From a candidate division FCPU426 bacterium (lineage in GTDB: Bacteria > Oederibacteriota > Muellerivitia > Muellerivitales > Muellerivitaceae): a stretch of DNA of 64,000 nucleotides. The notes under the pieces were generated by a model. It was not told where the DNA came from. It did not search any database and saw nothing but the letters and a program-made list of their open reading frames with translations. How positions within the stretch are numbered: position 1 is the first letter of the stretch; every line of letters begins with the position of its first letter. The stretch spans positions 119,926-183,925 of the forward strand of contig CAWKAR010000025.1 of the NCBI GenBank assembly GCA_963847625.1, written 5' to 3'. A program made the translations under genes and the position numbers. This document shows positions 21,695 to 34,116 of the stretch, piece by piece.

Positions 21695-22060
21695 TTAGAA
21701 TTGAAGTCCTTTAGCACGGGCTGCATCTGCCAATGCCTTTATGCGTCCATGGAAAAGATAACCGCCTCTGTCGAAAACTACTTGAGTGACAGATTTCTCC
21801 TTCGCCAGAATGGCTATTTGCTCCCCAACCATTTTCGCCGCTTCGACGTTCCCGCCCTTTTTTATTTTCCCGCGAAGATTTTTATCATAACTAGCTGAAG
21901 CGACCAGTGTAATACCCCTAGTATCATCGATAATTTGAGCTGTAATATTTTTAGCGCCTCGATGCACTACCAAACGCGGCCGTTCAAGTGATCCAAACAC
22001 TTTTTTTCGAATTCGTAGATGGCGGTGGATTCGAGAAGCTTTTTGTAGTTCCGATGGCAT
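21695..22060 (-). CDS. rplR: 50S ribosomal protein L18
   Basis: [34 protein letters not shown]. Confidence 0.96.
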   Translation of the reverse strand: MPSELQKASRIHRHLRIRKKVFGSLERPRLVVHRGAKNITAQIIDDTRGITLVASASYDKNLRGKIKKGGNVEAAKMVGEQIAILAKEKSVTQVVFDRGGYLFHGRIKALADAARAKGLQF

Positions 22061-22077
22061 CTGTGACCCCTATTCCC

Positions 22078-22650
22078 TTATTTCGCACCCTCTGTTTTTC
22101 CAGTGGCTCCTGTTTTTCCTACTTTCTTTCTAACATATTCGCCCAAATAGCGGACACCTGTTCCTTTATAAACTTCAGGAGGTTTTGCTTGCCGAATTTT
22201 CGCCGCTGTCTCACCCACTAAATACTTGTCAATACCTTTAACCGTTAATAATGTTTGTTTTTCAATATCCACGGAAACACCTTTAGGCAACTCCAATAAG
22301 ACCGGATGGCTAAATCCTAAAGACATGTTTAATTTCCCTTTTTCCAATGCTGCTCGATAACCCACACCCTGAATTTCAAGCTTTTTTTCAAAACCGGCCG
22401 AAACTCCTAGAACCATGTTTTTAATCAATGCATTAGTCAAACCTTGTCGAGCGTTCAATACCTTTAAATCGGCATTATTTTTATCATCAACTGAAACAAG
22501 TATATGTTTTTCATTAACATCAACTTTTATTCCCGGCACCAATTCAAGTGTTAAAATGCCTTTAGATCCTTCCACGATCACTTTCTTTCCCTCAATTTTG
22601 ACTTTGACTCCGGAAGGTATTTCAATTGTTTTTTTGGCGATTCGCGCCAT
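22078..22650 (-). CDS. rplF: 50S ribosomal protein L6
   Basis: MARIAK start, GVGYRA, LGFSHPV, PEVYKGTGVRY. Confidence 0.96.
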   Translation of the reverse strand: MARIAKKTIEIPSGVKVKIEGKKVIVEGSKGILTLELVPGIKVDVNEKHILVSVDDKNNADLKVLNARQGLTNALIKNMVLGVSAGFEKKLEIQGVGYRAALEKGKLNMSLGFSHPVLLELPKGVSVDIEKQTLLTVKGIDKYLVGETAAKIRQAKPPEVYKGTGVRYLGEYVRKKVGKTGATGKTEGAK

Positions 22651-22675
22651 AAAATCTCCCTTTAAAATTGGATCT

Positions 22676-23077
22676 TTAATGAACCAAGCAAAGAACTTCG
22701 CCGCCGACACCCTGCTGACGGGCTTGTTGATCTGTTAAAATCCCTTTAGAAGTAGAAAGAATGGCGATTCCCATGCCGCCAATTACTTTGGGGACCCGCA
22801 TTCTTTCAGTGTAATACCGCCTTCCTGAACGGCTAACGCGACTTATAGTAGAAATGACCCTTTCTCGATTATCGCCATATTTCATTATGATTCGAATCAA
22901 TGAAGGCCTTCCCTTTTCCTCGACGACTTTATAATTTTTTATAAAACCTTCCTCCGAAAGGATGCGGGAAATTTCAAGTTTTAATTTAGAAAACGGAATA
23001 TCAACCTTTTCCTTATAGGTATGATTGGCGTTACGTATTCTTGTCAACATATCAGCTATTGGATCAGTCATTGACAT
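22676..23077 (-). CDS. rpsH: 30S ribosomal protein S8
   Basis: [24 protein letters not shown]. Confidence 0.97.
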   Translation of the reverse strand: MSMTDPIADMLTRIRNANHTYKEKVDIPFSKLKLEISRILSEEGFIKNYKVVEEKGRPSLIRIIMKYGDNRERVISTISRVSRSGRRYYTERMRVPKVIGGMGIAILSTSKGILTDQQARQQGVGGEVLCLVH

Positions 23078-23093
23078 AATTAAGTCACTCCTC

Positions 23094-23279
23094 TTACCAA
23101 CTAGCTTTCACTACCCCTGGTATTTTTCCTTCGCCCGCAAGGTTACGAAAACAAATTCTGCACATCCCAAAACGCCTTAAATAACCTCGAGGACGCCCGC
23201 ATAGGTTACACCGATGATAAGCACGCACTTTAAATTTGGGTGTCAGTTTTTGTTTATTAATCAAACATTTTTTTGCCAT
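23094..23279 (-). CDS. rpsN: 30S ribosomal protein S14 (Zn-binding type)
   Basis: [23 protein letters not shown]. Confidence 0.96.
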   Translation of the reverse strand: MAKKCLINKQKLTPKFKVRAYHRCNLCGRPRGYLRRFGMCRICFRNLAGEGKIPGVVKASW

Positions 23280-23287
23280 GAAATCTC

Positions 23288-23839
23288 CTAGTTCCTAAAA
23301 GGCATACCGAGTAAACTTAATAATTCTTTTGCTTGTGTGTCGTCCCGGGTCGAAGTTGTAAAAGTTATATCCATTCCATGGATGGATTGAACGTTATCAA
23401 AATTAATTTCTTGAAAAATAATTTGCTCCTTCAAACCAAGGGTATAATTCCCTCTCCCATCAAAAGATCTTGTCGGGACACCACGAAAATCTCGGATTCT
23501 AGGTAACGCCACCATAAAAAGCCTTTCCATAAAATGATACATTCGTTCACCCCTCAATGTCACTTTAGCGCCCAATGGTTGATTAGCTCGAAGTTTGAAA
23601 TTTGATATTGCCTTTTTAGAACGAGTAATGGCAGGTTTTTGTCCGCTAATGAGTTTTAACTCATCAACCGCAATATCAAGCAATTTGATGTTGTTTTCCG
23701 ATGCGGCTTTCCCAATACAAATATTGATAACTATTTTTTCTACTTTTGGAACTTTCATAATATTTTTAATGTTGAACTTCTTCATTAATGCAGGGATTAT
23801 TTCTTTATCATATTTTTCTTTAATGATCGTTGTTTTCAT
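23288..23839 (-). CDS. rplE: 50S ribosomal protein L5
   Basis: [25 protein letters not shown]. Confidence 0.97.
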   Translation of the reverse strand: MKTTIIKEKYDKEIIPALMKKFNIKNIMKVPKVEKIVINICIGKAASENNIKLLDIAVDELKLISGQKPAITRSKKAISNFKLRANQPLGAKVTLRGERMYHFMERLFMVALPRIRDFRGVPTRSFDGRGNYTLGLKEQIIFQEINFDNVQSIHGMDITFTTSTRDDTQAKELLSLLGMPFRN

Positions 23840-23840
23840 C

Positions 23841-24161
23841 TTATTTTTCCCTATCCAATATTTCGCCGCATTTTCTACAAATTCTTACTGTCGTGGCCTC
23901 ATTTAATCTCTTGTGTCCAATTCGGGTTGGTTTTCCACACTTTGTGCAAATCACTTGTAAGTTAGAAATATGTACAGGCGATTCTTTTTCCATTATTCCG
24001 CCCTGAGGCATTTGTTGATTGGGTCGGGTATGTCGCTTAACCATATTAATTTTTTCAATTAGAGCTTTATTTTTTGTTGGAAATAATCGAATAATCCTGC
24101 CCTTTTTTCCTCTGTCTTTTCCGGTTAAAACCAATACTGTGTCATCCCGATGAACATGCAT
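23841..24161 (-). CDS. rplX: 50S ribosomal protein L24
   Basis: [11 protein letters not shown] motif, ESPVHISN. Confidence 0.96.
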   Translation of the reverse strand: MHVHRDDTVLVLTGKDRGKKGRIIRLFPTKNKALIEKINMVKRHTRPNQQMPQGGIMEKESPVHISNLQVICTKCGKPTRIGHKRLNEATTVRICRKCGEILDREK

Positions 24162-24164
24162 GGT

Positions 24165-24533
24165 CTACAAAACCTCCGGAGCTAAAGATATTATTTTCAT
24201 AAAATTTTTTTCTCTCAATTCTCTAGTAACCGGGCCGAATATACGAGTACCACGAGGATTCAATTGATCGTTAATAATGACAGCCGCATTTTCATCAAAA
24301 CGGATATTTGACCCATCTGGGCGGGAATAAACACGTTTTTGCCGAACCACAACAGCTCTTACCACTTCACTTTTTTTTACCCCCGCCCCTGGAATTGCCT
24401 CTTTCACGGCAGCAACAATAATATCTCCAATGGAAGCATACCTTCTCTTAGTTCCACCAAGAACATGAATACACATTATTTTTGTAGCCCCACTGTTATC
24501 CGCCACAGTCAGCATTGTTTGAGGCATAATCAT
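24165..24533 (-). CDS. rplN: 50S ribosomal protein L14
   Basis: [29 protein letters not shown]; start set at MIMPQT. Confidence 0.97.
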   Translation of the reverse strand: MIMPQTMLTVADNSGATKIMCIHVLGGTKRRYASIGDIIVAAVKEAIPGAGVKKSEVVRAVVVRQKRVYSRPDGSNIRFDENAAVIINDQLNPRGTRIFGPVTRELREKNFMKIISLAPEVL

Positions 24534-24817
24534 ATTATTGCCTCCTGAACTTCCACTGCCTTTTTTAGTATTTTTACTAACCGCCAATGTTTTTCGGCGC
24601 TAATGGGCCGTGTTTCAGCTATGAGTATTATGTCACCTTTATTTGTTTCATTTTTCGGGTCATGAATTTTAAATTTACTTCGCTTTCGAACTAATTTTTT
24701 ATAAAAAGAATGTTTAATTATACCCTCAATAAAAACTACCGCCGTCTTATCCATATTCCGGCTTAAAACTACTGCTTTTTTTAACCGAAGATCTTTACGC
24801 TCTATTTTCGTTTTCAT
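24530..24817 (-). CDS. rpsQ: 30S ribosomal protein S17
   Basis: MDKTAVV, HD..N..GD..I.ETRPIS..K.W. Confidence 0.94.
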   Translation of the reverse strand: MKTKIERKDLRLKKAVVLSRNMDKTAVVFIEGIIKHSFYKKLVRKRSKFKIHDPKNETNKGDIILIAETRPISAEKHWRLVKILKKAVEVQEAII

Positions 24818-24834
24818 CTAAGGCTTAACTCCTT

Positions 24835-25035
24835 TCAATTCTTCAGTCCTTTTTCTTTAACTCGTAGGATGGTTTTTAAACGAGCTACTTGCCGCCTTGC
24901 TTCTCGAATCTTCATAGGATTTTCTAATTGTTTCGTGGATAGCTGTATCTTCAGGTTGAAAAGTTCCTCTTCCTTGGAAATCAACTGTTGTTTCAATTGT
25001 TCGATATTCAAATCACGTATTTCTTTTATTTTCAT
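24835..25035 (-). CDS. rpmC: 50S ribosomal protein L29
   Basis: EELFNLK.Q..QLENP..IR..RR.VAR.KT. Confidence 0.94.
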   Translation of the reverse strand: MKIKEIRDLNIEQLKQQLISKEEELFNLKIQLSTKQLENPMKIREARRQVARLKTILRVKEKGLKN

Positions 25036-25457
25036 GAGAGTCCCCCAACATCAATCCTTTTAATATATCGTGTTTTTACTGGAAGTTTATGTGTAGCAAG
25101 CTCAAAAGCTTCACGAACAATAGGCTCTGGGCATCCACTTACTTCAAATAATATTCGTCCGGGTTTTACTACCGCGGACCAATGATCAGGCGCTCCTTTT
25201 CCTCCACCCATTCGTACTTCAGCAGGTTTTCGTGTTATGGGTTTATCAGGGAAAATGCGTACCCACAACTTTCCGACCCGTTTCATATGCCGGTTGATCG
25301 CAACTCGGGCAGCTTCAATTTGACGATCTGTTATATAACTTGCACTTTCTGATTTTAATGCGTACTCTCCGAATGCGAATGAAAAACCGTTTTTTGTTTT
25401 CCCCCTCATCCGCCCCTTCATAGTTTTTCGATATTTAACACGTTTAGGCATCAACAT
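25032..25457 (-). CDS. rplP: 50S ribosomal protein L16
   Basis: [24 protein letters not shown]. Confidence 0.97.
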   Translation of the reverse strand: MLMPKRVKYRKTMKGRMRGKTKNGFSFAFGEYALKSESASYITDRQIEAARVAINRHMKRVGKLWVRIFPDKPITRKPAEVRMGGGKGAPDHWSAVVKPGRILFEVSGCPEPIVREAFELATHKLPVKTRYIKRIDVGGLS

Positions 25458-25461
25458 AATA

Positions 25462-26199
25462 TTATTCCTTAATTATTAATTTGGCTGGGTCGCGATTAGA
25501 AAGTTTCCGATCTTTCCCGACCGGTTTGGACTTGTTCATGGAAGCTTCTTCAGCAAATTTATCTTTGGTTCCAAAAATCTCACGTTTAAAAACCCAACAC
25601 TTCACACCAATTGTTCCAAAAGTCGTATTTGCCACAGAAATTCCAAAGTCAATATCAGCTCGTAAGGTATGAAGAGGCACACGACCTTCCCGGTACCATT
25701 CTGTTCTGGCAATCTCCGCCCCTGCCAAGCGACCAGAACACATTATTTTTATACCTTTGGCACCTCCATCCAATGCACTTTGTATGCATTTTTTCATTGC
25801 TCTTCGAAATGCAACCCTTTTTTCAAGCTGCCCTGCCACGTTTTCTGCTATCAATTGGGCATTGGTTTCAGGATGTTTTTCCTCATTTATATTTATACGA
25901 ACTTCCTTTTTGGTGAATCCCTGCAACTCTTCTTTCAATTTATCAACTTCTGAGCCTTTCTTTCCAATAACAATACCGGGACGGGAAGCAAAAATATCCA
26001 CTTCAACCATTTCACCCTTTCGCTTTAATAAAACTTTTGCGATTCCAGCGTGTTTCAGCCGCAATTTGACAAATTGGCGTATTTCGATGTCTTCAAGAAG
26101 GGTGGTTGTATAATTTTTCTTCTTAGCGATAAACCACAATGAGTCCCATTCTTTAATAATCCCAATCCTTAAACCAATCGGATTAATTTTCTGTCCCAA
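25462..26199 (-). CDS. rpsC: 30S ribosomal protein S3
   Basis: [34 protein letters not shown]. Confidence 0.97.
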   Translation of the reverse strand: MGQKINPIGLRIGIIKEWDSLWFIAKKKNYTTTLLEDIEIRQFVKLRLKHAGIAKVLLKRKGEMVEVDIFASRPGIVIGKKGSEVDKLKEELQGFTKKEVRININEEKHPETNAQLIAENVAGQLEKRVAFRRAMKKCIQSALDGGAKGIKIMCSGRLAGAEIARTEWYREGRVPLHTLRADIDFGISVANTTFGTIGVKCWVFKREIFGTKDKFAEEASMNKSKPVGKDRKLSNRDPAKLIIKE

Positions 26200-26222
26200 A
26201 GGAAGCTCCTTAATTATTTATA

Positions 26223-26573
26223 TCAGTTATTGCTTTCATCTGAGACTATGACTTGGATATGGCTTGTCCTTTTATGAATCAAACTAGCCCTACCCATGGC
26301 TCGTGGTATAAACCGTCGAACATTTTGCATCATGGGGCCGCCATCGACTTGAATTGATTTAATAAAAAGTTTATCCACATCAATTCTCGTTTTTTGGCCT
26401 GCATTAGAAACGGCGGCTTTAATAATCTTTGCAACTTCACCCGCCGCCTTTTTTTTGGTGAATGCTAAAATGTTCAATGCCTCAACAACTGTTTTTTTCC
26501 GGATTAAATTAACAACTTGTCGAGCTTTCCGAGGAGTTAACCTCGTGAATCTGGAAATCGCTTTTGCTTGCAT
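26223..26573 (-). CDS. rplV: 50S ribosomal protein L22
   Basis: TPRKAR, PRAMGRA..I.KRTSHI. Confidence 0.96.
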   Translation of the reverse strand: MQAKAISRFTRLTPRKARQVVNLIRKKTVVEALNILAFTKKKAAGEVAKIIKAAVSNAGQKTRIDVDKLFIKSIQVDGGPMMQNVRRFIPRAMGRASLIHKRTSHIQVIVSDESNN

Positions 26574-26598
26574 TAAAAAACCTCACTTAAAATCATTT

Positions 26599-26886
26599 TC
26601 ACTTTAATGCTATAGCCTTTTCAGATTTAACTACCCCATGAGCCTTAAAGGTACGGGTTGGAGAAAATTCACCCAATTTATGCCCTACCATGTTTTCTGT
26701 AATAAAAACAGGAATGAATTTTTTTCCATTATGAATTGCAAAGGTATGTCCAACCATTTCCGGATGAATTGAAGACCTTCGATAATATGTTTTTATTACC
26801 TTTTTGTCTCCAACCCTATTCATTTTTTGGACAAGTTTTAAAAGCTTTTCTGTTACATAAGGCCCTTTTTTTAATGATCTTCCCAT
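26599..26886 (-). CDS. rpsS: 30S ribosomal protein S19
   Basis: [24 protein letters not shown]. Confidence 0.97.
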   Translation of the reverse strand: MGRSLKKGPYVTEKLLKLVQKMNRVGDKKVIKTYYRRSSIHPEMVGHTFAIHNGKKFIPVFITENMVGHKLGEFSPTRTFKAHGVVKSEKAIALK

Positions 26887-26908
26887 TTTTCCAACCCCTT
26901 AATAAATA

Positions 26909-27733
26909 TTACTTTCTATGTTTAAGAATGAATTTTTCAGTATGTTTGTTTTTACGGGTTTTATAACCTTTTGTTGGTTTACCCCAAGGTGTAGTTGGAT
27001 GACGTCCTCCAGAAGACTTCCCCTCTCCACCACCCATTGGATGGCCATCACCGGGACGCATCACCACACCACGTGATTGGGGCCTTTCGCCCATCCATCT
27101 CATTCTTCCTGCTTTTCCAATGCTTACGTTAATATGCTCAAGATTCCCCACCTGCCCAATCGATGCATTACACTCAATATGAATCTTACGAATTTCTCCC
27201 GAGGGTAATTTTATAGTTGCATAACTACCTTCCCGCGCCATTAATTGTGCGACAGCACCAGCAGATCGTACCAACTGACCGCCTTTGCCAGGCTTGATTT
27301 CAATATTATGAATCATGGTACCTAATGGAATATCTTTCAACTTCATCGAATATCCCGGTTTAATATCTGCTCCAGATCCGGAAAATATCTGGTCCCCTTC
27401 TTTCAAACCTTCGGGAGCAATAATATATTTTTTCACACCATCGGCGTACTGGACCAAAGCAATTCTGGAGGTTCGATTAGGGTCATATTCCAAAGCCAAT
27501 ACTTTCCCTTGCATCCCAGACTTAACACGTTCAAAATCGACCAAACGATATCTACGTTTATGTCCTGCGCCCCGGTGCCTGCTGGTGATACGGCCATATA
27601 TATTTCGGCCACCAGTTTTATTTAGTGAAACAGTAAGTGTTTTTTCAGGCCTTTTTTTGGTTAAATTTTCGCCAATTACTGCCGTCATTGCCCGACGGCC
27701 TGGAGAAGTTGGTTTATAAAGTCGGATGGACAT
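26909..27733 (-). CDS. rplB: 50S ribosomal protein L2
   Basis: [30 protein letters not shown]. Confidence 0.97.
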   Translation of the reverse strand: MSIRLYKPTSPGRRAMTAVIGENLTKKRPEKTLTVSLNKTGGRNIYGRITSRHRGAGHKRRYRLVDFERVKSGMQGKVLALEYDPNRTSRIALVQYADGVKKYIIAPEGLKEGDQIFSGSGADIKPGYSMKLKDIPLGTMIHNIEIKPGKGGQLVRSAGAVAQLMAREGSYATIKLPSGEIRKIHIECNASIGQVGNLEHINVSIGKAGRMRWMGERPQSRGVVMRPGDGHPMGGGEGKSSGGRHPTTPWGKPTKGYKTRKNKHTEKFILKHRK

Positions 27734-27735
27734 GA

Positions 27736-28032
27736 TTATGCCCCTTCGAAGAATTCTAATTTTTGACCGGGTTTTAGTGTAACAATCGCTTTTTTCCAGC
27801 GAAAAGGCTTCGATAGATTTTTTCCAAAACGCCGAATTTTACCCGAAAGCTTCGTTGTGTTTACCTTTAGTACATTTATTTTTTCTTTTTTAAATATATT
27901 TTCCACAGCTTCTTTTATTTCTTTTTTTGTCGAATTAGGATGAACCTCAAAACAATATTTTCCTTTTTCTCGAAGAGCCGTGGTTCTCTCGGTAATCAGA
28001 GGCCGAATAATAACCTCTTCTTTCTTTTTCAT
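27736..28032 (-). CDS. rplW: 50S ribosomal protein L23
   Basis: [22 protein letters not shown]. Confidence 0.95.
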   Translation of the reverse strand: MKKKEEVIIRPLITERTTALREKGKYCFEVHPNSTKKEIKEAVENIFKKEKINVLKVNTTKLSGKIRRFGKNLSKPFRWKKAIVTLKPGQKLEFFEGA

Positions 28033-28670
28033 ATATCCCTCTCATGAGAATTTAAACGAATCATTTTATTTAATGATTCCTTCGTTAATACCACTACATC
28101 ATGATTAATCACTTCATAAATATTCAGGTTTCCATTTGAAAGAACCGTAGCCGTTGGAAGATTTCTAAAACTATTAAAAGTAGATTTGTTCGAATGCTCC
28201 AAAACAATCAGACACTTTTGACCAAACACCCCTAGATTTTTCAAAATACCTATAGCATGCTTAGTTTTAGGCGAATCAAAATATATATTTTCCACCACAA
28301 TAACTTTGCCCTGGGCCGCCTTGTCAGAAAGTGATTCTGCAAGGCACTGGCGCTTCATTTTCTTAGACAAACCAAGGGAGTAATCTCTTGGTTTTGGTCC
28401 ATGGGCTACACCCCCCCCAACAAATTGGACAGCCCGAATCGAACCTTGGCGTGCATTACCAGTTCCTTTTTGTTTAAAAGGCTTTTTTCCACCACCTGAA
28501 ACTTCACCTTTCCTCTTGGTCTTAACAGTGCCTAACCTCTGGTTTGACAAATAAGTTGTCACACCCCGCCATAAATGGTGAACTCTCGGCTTCAAACCAA
28601 ACAATTTTTCCGGTAAATCAATTTGATCCATAGATTGTCCATTCAAGTTGTAAACTGTCGCTTTAGGCAT
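28029..28670 (-). CDS. rplD: 50S ribosomal protein L4
   Basis: EVSGGGKKPFKQKGTGNARQGSIR, HGPKPR. Confidence 0.96.
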   Translation of the reverse strand: MPKATVYNLNGQSMDQIDLPEKLFGLKPRVHHLWRGVTTYLSNQRLGTVKTKRKGEVSGGGKKPFKQKGTGNARQGSIRAVQFVGGGVAHGPKPRDYSLGLSKKMKRQCLAESLSDKAAQGKVIVVENIYFDSPKTKHAIGILKNLGVFGQKCLIVLEHSNKSTFNSFRNLPTATVLSNGNLNIYEVINHDVVVLTKESLNKMIRLNSHERDI

Positions 28671-28681
28671 AAATTATCACC

Positions 28682-29320
28682 TTACTTTTTTATACTAGGA
28701 CGAACCATTACCGTACCGCCACATGCACCCGGAACCGCGCCTATGACGAATAATAAATGGTTATCCATGTCAACTTTAACTACTTTCAAATTCAAAACTG
28801 TGTTTTTCTGGCTACCCATGTGGCCCGGCATTCTAGTACCAGGATAAACACGGGATGGATCGGAAGAAGCGCCAATGCCTCCCGGAGCTCTGTGAAACAT
28901 GCTTCCGTGGGAATTACGACCACCTTTAAATCCATGACGACGAACAACACCCTGAAATCCTTTCCCTTTTGAAACTCCAGTTACATCAACCCAATTGATG
29001 TTATTTAAATTTTCGACTGTTAAGGTTTGGCCGACCTGGAAAAGAGATGGGTCTTCAATCCTAACTTCTTTTAATATTTCTTTTGGCGTTGCTCCGGACT
29101 TCTTAAAATGTCCAAGAAGAGACTTGGTTGTATGTTTTTCTTTTTTTTCTTTAAATCCTAACTGAACAGCATTGTAACCTTCCTTTTCCGATGTCTTTTT
29201 TTGAATAACAACACAAGGCCCGATTTCCAAAATCGTTACTTGACTTGCCTTTCCGTTTTCTTCAAAAAAAGTCGTTTGTCCCAATTTTTTCCCAATTAAT
29301 GTTTGAATTATTCCACTCAT
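28682..29320 (-). CDS. rplC: 50S ribosomal protein L3
   Basis: GYNAVQLG, SKGKGFQG, HGS..HRAPG, MPGHMG; start set at MSGII. Confidence 0.96.
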   Translation of the reverse strand: MSGIIQTLIGKKLGQTTFFEENGKASQVTILEIGPCVVIQKKTSEKEGYNAVQLGFKEKKEKHTTKSLLGHFKKSGATPKEILKEVRIEDPSLFQVGQTLTVENLNNINWVDVTGVSKGKGFQGVVRRHGFKGGRNSHGSMFHRAPGGIGASSDPSRVYPGTRMPGHMGSQKNTVLNLKVVKVDMDNHLLFVIGAVPGACGGTVMVRPSIKK

Positions 29321-29330
29321 GAAAACACCT

Positions 29331-29648
29331 CTACAGTTTGATCTCAACATCAACGCCAGCAGGCAAGTCTAATTTCATTAAAGCGTCTATGGTTCTCTGG
29401 TTTGGATTCACAATGTCCACGAGTCTTTTGTGGGTTCTAATTTCAAATTGTTCCCGGGATTTCTTATCAACATGCGGACTTCTTAAAACAGTATAACGAT
29501 TTATATCCGTCGGAAGAGGTACAGGTCCCAAAACGACAGCTCCTGTTCGTCGCACTGTTTCAATAATCTCAACCGTTGAACGGTCTAATAGCCGATGATC
29601 ATAAGCCTTTAATTTAATCCTTATTTTTTGACTCGTGGCCGTGGCCAT
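29331..29648 (-). CDS. rpsJ: 30S ribosomal protein S10
   Basis: [29 protein letters not shown]. Confidence 0.97.
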   Translation of the reverse strand: MATATSQKIRIKLKAYDHRLLDRSTVEIIETVRRTGAVVLGPVPLPTDINRYTVLRSPHVDKKSREQFEIRTHKRLVDIVNPNQRTIDALMKLDLPAGVDVEIKL

Positions 29649-29678
29649 TATTCCCTACCTTCTCTTTCGTTTAATTCA

Positions 29679-30870
<1,192 letters not shown>

Positions 30871-30913
30871 AACCACGCCTCCTTTTCAACCCCTTTTAGG
30901 GTATTGAAATGAA

Positions 30914-32993
30914 TTAGCCTTTTACTTTAGCAATAATTTCCTGTTGAATTGAACGAGGAGTTTCCTCGTAATGTGCGAATTGCATTGTATATGTAGCTCG
31001 CCCTTGGGTCATTGAACGTAGGTTTGTAGAATAACCAAACATTTCAGACAACGGTACCTTAGCGCGGATCGTTTGCATTTGTCCCCGTAATTCCATTCCT
31101 TCTATTTTCCCTCTTTTTGATTGAAGGTCACCCATAACCGCGCCCATAAAATCCTCAGGTGTAACAACTTCAGTATCCATTACCGGTTCCAAGATGATGG
31201 GGTCGGCCTTTCGCATTGCTTCTTTGAACGCAATTGAAGCTGCAATTTTAAAAGCCATTTCAGAGGAGTCCACTTCATGATAAGAGCCATCCGTTAATGT
31301 GATTTTAAAATCAACAACCGGATATCCCGCCAAAACACCCGTTTCTTTGGCTTCTTCAATTCCTTTTTGTATGGCCGGAATATACTCCTTGGGTACCGTT
31401 CCACCCACAATGGCATTTTTGAACTCGATACCTTTTCCGGGTTCTTGTGGTTCCATAGTAATATACACATGTCCATATTGACCCCTACCACCTGTTTGTC
31501 GAATGTATTTGCCTTCTGCTTCAACACTTTTCCTGATTGTCTCTCGATAAGCAACTTGAGGTTTCCCCACATTTGCTTGAACATTAAATTCCCGCATCAT
31601 CCGATCGACGATAATTTCAAGGTGAAGTTCGCCCATGCCTTGTAATTATTGTCTGACTCGTTTCTTCATCTGTTTTTACCCTAAATGAAGGATCCTCCTC
31701 AGCCAGCTTGCTTAGGGCCAAACCTAGTTTTTCCTGATCCGCCTTGGTTTTAGGCTCAATAGCCACAGAAATGACAGGATCTGGAAATACCATTCTTTCC
31801 AAAACAATAGATTTATTTTCATCACATAGCGTGTCGCCAGTGGTAATGGCTTTTATTCCTACTGTTGCCGCTATATCTCCTGCATGAACTTCCTTAATTT
31901 CTTCGCGTTTGTTAGCGTGCATTTGTAATAATCTTCCAATTCTTTCTCGACTTCCCTTGGTGGAATTGTAGACATATGAACCCGCTGAAAGAGTCCCTGA
32001 ATAGACTCTAAAATAAACCAACTTACCAACATGCGGATCGGTCATGATTTTGAAAGCAAGCGCCGAAAAAGGAGCATTATCATTTGCTTCCCTAGTTTCT
32101 TCTGCATTGGTATCAGGATTATGTCCTTTCACAGGAGGTATATCATTTGGAGATGGAAGGTAATTTATAACCGCATCTAAAAGCGGTTGAACACCCTTAT
32201 TTTTAAAGGCCGCGCCACAAAAAACAGGATTAAATTTATTTTGAATAGTGCCCTTACGAATACAATTGTTAAGTTCTTCAGGGGAAACAACTCTCCCATC
32301 TAAATATTTTTGCATAACAATATCGTCAAATTCTGCCACGGCTTCTAGTAATTGTTGATGGTATTCTTGGGCCATTTTTTTCATTTCGTCCGGTATTTCC
32401 CCAATTTCAAACTCAGCACCCAATGTTTCATCTAACCACCGATACCTTTTCATCTCGACCAAGTGGATAATCCCATCAAATTTATCCTCGGCACCAACTG
32501 GCAAAGTTACAGCATGGGCGTTAGCGTTAAGGCGCGTTCGCATTTGTTCTATAGCATTAAAGTAATCAGCCCCTACTCTGTCCATCTTGTTTACAAAGGC
32601 AATTCTTGGCACACCATAACGGGTTGCTTGTCTCCAAACGGTCTCCGACTGGGGTTCCACTCCTTCAACTGCACCAAAAACGCCGATCGCACCATCTAAA
32701 ACACGTAAAGATCGTTCCACTTCGATAGTAAAATCAACGTGGCCTGGGGTATCAATGATATTGATTCGATGATTCTTCCAAAAACAAGTAGTAGCAGCCG
32801 AGGTAATCGTAATGCCCCGCTCTTGTTCTTGAGGCATCCAATCCATGATTGCAGTCCCATCATGAACTTCACCAATTTTATGAGTTCGGCCGGTGTAATA
32901 TAGTATTCGCTCAGTCAACGTTGTTTTACCAGCATCGATATGGGCCATAATGCCAATGTTTCGTGTGTTTGATAAGGGAATGGGTCTCGCCAA
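30914..32993 (-). CDS. fusA: Elongation factor G, split by an apparent 1-nt insertion at about 31640-31641 (probable sequencing error)
   Basis: [17 protein letters not shown]; removing one base restores [13 protein letters not shown]. Confidence 0.95.
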
Positions 32994-33005
32994 AGGTTTC
33001 CTCGT

Positions 33006-33476
33006 TTACCAGCGATAATGCGCAAATGCTTGATTAGCTTCTGCCATTTTATGAGTATCTTCCTTTTTCTTAATTGAAACCCCTTGATTTTTAAATGCAT
33101 CGGTCAACTCCGCCGCTAACTTCTCGGCAATAGTTTTTTCCTTGCGAGTACGAGATGCTGTTAGAATCCATCGAATGGCCAAAGAAGTCCGCCGTTCAGG
33201 ACGAATTTCAACAGGCACTTGGTAAGTAGCGCCGCCCACTCGACGCGATTTGACCTCCAAAACAGGTTTTACATTTTCTATAGCAGTTTTAAACACATTT
33301 AAAGCGCCTTCTCCATGTTTTTGTCCTAATATATCCATCGCGTCATAGAAACTTCGGGAAGCCACCATTTTTTTTCCATTGTACATCATGCAATTAATGA
33401 ATTTCGAAACAAGTTTATTATTGTACCGTGAATCAGATGCCATTTCTCTTTGAGCGGTAACTTTTCTGCGAGGCAT
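33006..33476 (-). CDS. rpsG: 30S ribosomal protein S7
   Basis: MPRR, SRRVGGATYQVP, HKMAEAN.AFAHYRW. Confidence 0.97.
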   Translation of the reverse strand: MPRRKVTAQREMASDSRYNNKLVSKFINCMMYNGKKMVASRSFYDAMDILGQKHGEGALNVFKTAIENVKPVLEVKSRRVGGATYQVPVEIRPERRTSLAIRWILTASRTRKEKTIAEKLAAELTDAFKNQGVSIKKKEDTHKMAEANQAFAHYRW

Positions 33477-33485
33477 AAGAACACC

Positions 33486-33878
33486 TTAACCTTTCGGGAG
33501 CATTTCTTTTTTTGGTCGCTTCATTCCATATTTAGAACGCCCTTGTTTCCTATCCACAACCCCTGCGGCATCTAATGTTCCACGAATAATATGATAACGA
33601 ACTCCCGGAAGATCCTTCACTCGCCCACCGCGGATTAAAACAATCGAATGCTCTTGTAAATTATGTCCTACTCCAGGAATGTAACAAGTAACTTCCATTC
33701 CATTAGTAAGACGGACCCTTGCAATTTTTCTTAAGGCTGAATTAGGTTTTTTGGGTGTCATAGTTGCCACTTTTACGCAAACACCACGTTTTTGTGGGCA
33801 TGCCTTAAGGGCTGGTGATTTAGTTTTATGTCTGCTTTTATTCCGACCTAATCGGACCAATTGATTTAAAGTTGGCAA
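33486..33878 (-). CDS. rpsL: 30S ribosomal protein S12
   Basis: [31 protein letters not shown] start after GGAGG. Confidence 0.97.
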   Translation of the reverse strand: MPTLNQLVRLGRNKSRHKTKSPALKACPQKRGVCVKVATMTPKKPNSALRKIARVRLTNGMEVTCYIPGVGHNLQEHSIVLIRGGRVKDLPGVRYHIIRGTLDAAGVVDRKQGRSKYGMKRPKKEMLPKG

Positions 33879-33898
33879 ACAATCCTCCAATCTGAAAC

Positions 33899-33935
33899 AA
33901 AAAAAAAGGCAAAGACAATGAGCTCTGTCTTTGCC
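33899..33935 (-). terminator. Intrinsic terminator-like hairpin just upstream of the rpsL RBS
   Basis: GGCAAAGACA-8 nt-TGTCTTTGCC perfect 10-bp stem followed by T9 on the minus strand. Confidence 0.75.
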
Positions 33936-34116
33936 AAGTGAATTTTCGTCGTCCTACCCCAGGGATTATCCCCAGGAGGATTCCTTAAGCAAAGCCCTCC
34001 TCTGGCTCACCATTTTGAATGAAAAAGAAGCTAAGCATTTTCTTTCAAAAGGAGGATTTTCATCTATTATTCAGCCTTAATAAATTAAAACGCAGACGGG
34101 AAGGCTACCAAAACCC

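Noticed and set aside
27030..27080. Variant L2 motif [14 protein letters not shown]
   Set aside because: The key His and GGGEG are retained; a minor lineage variation with no evidence of functional novelty.
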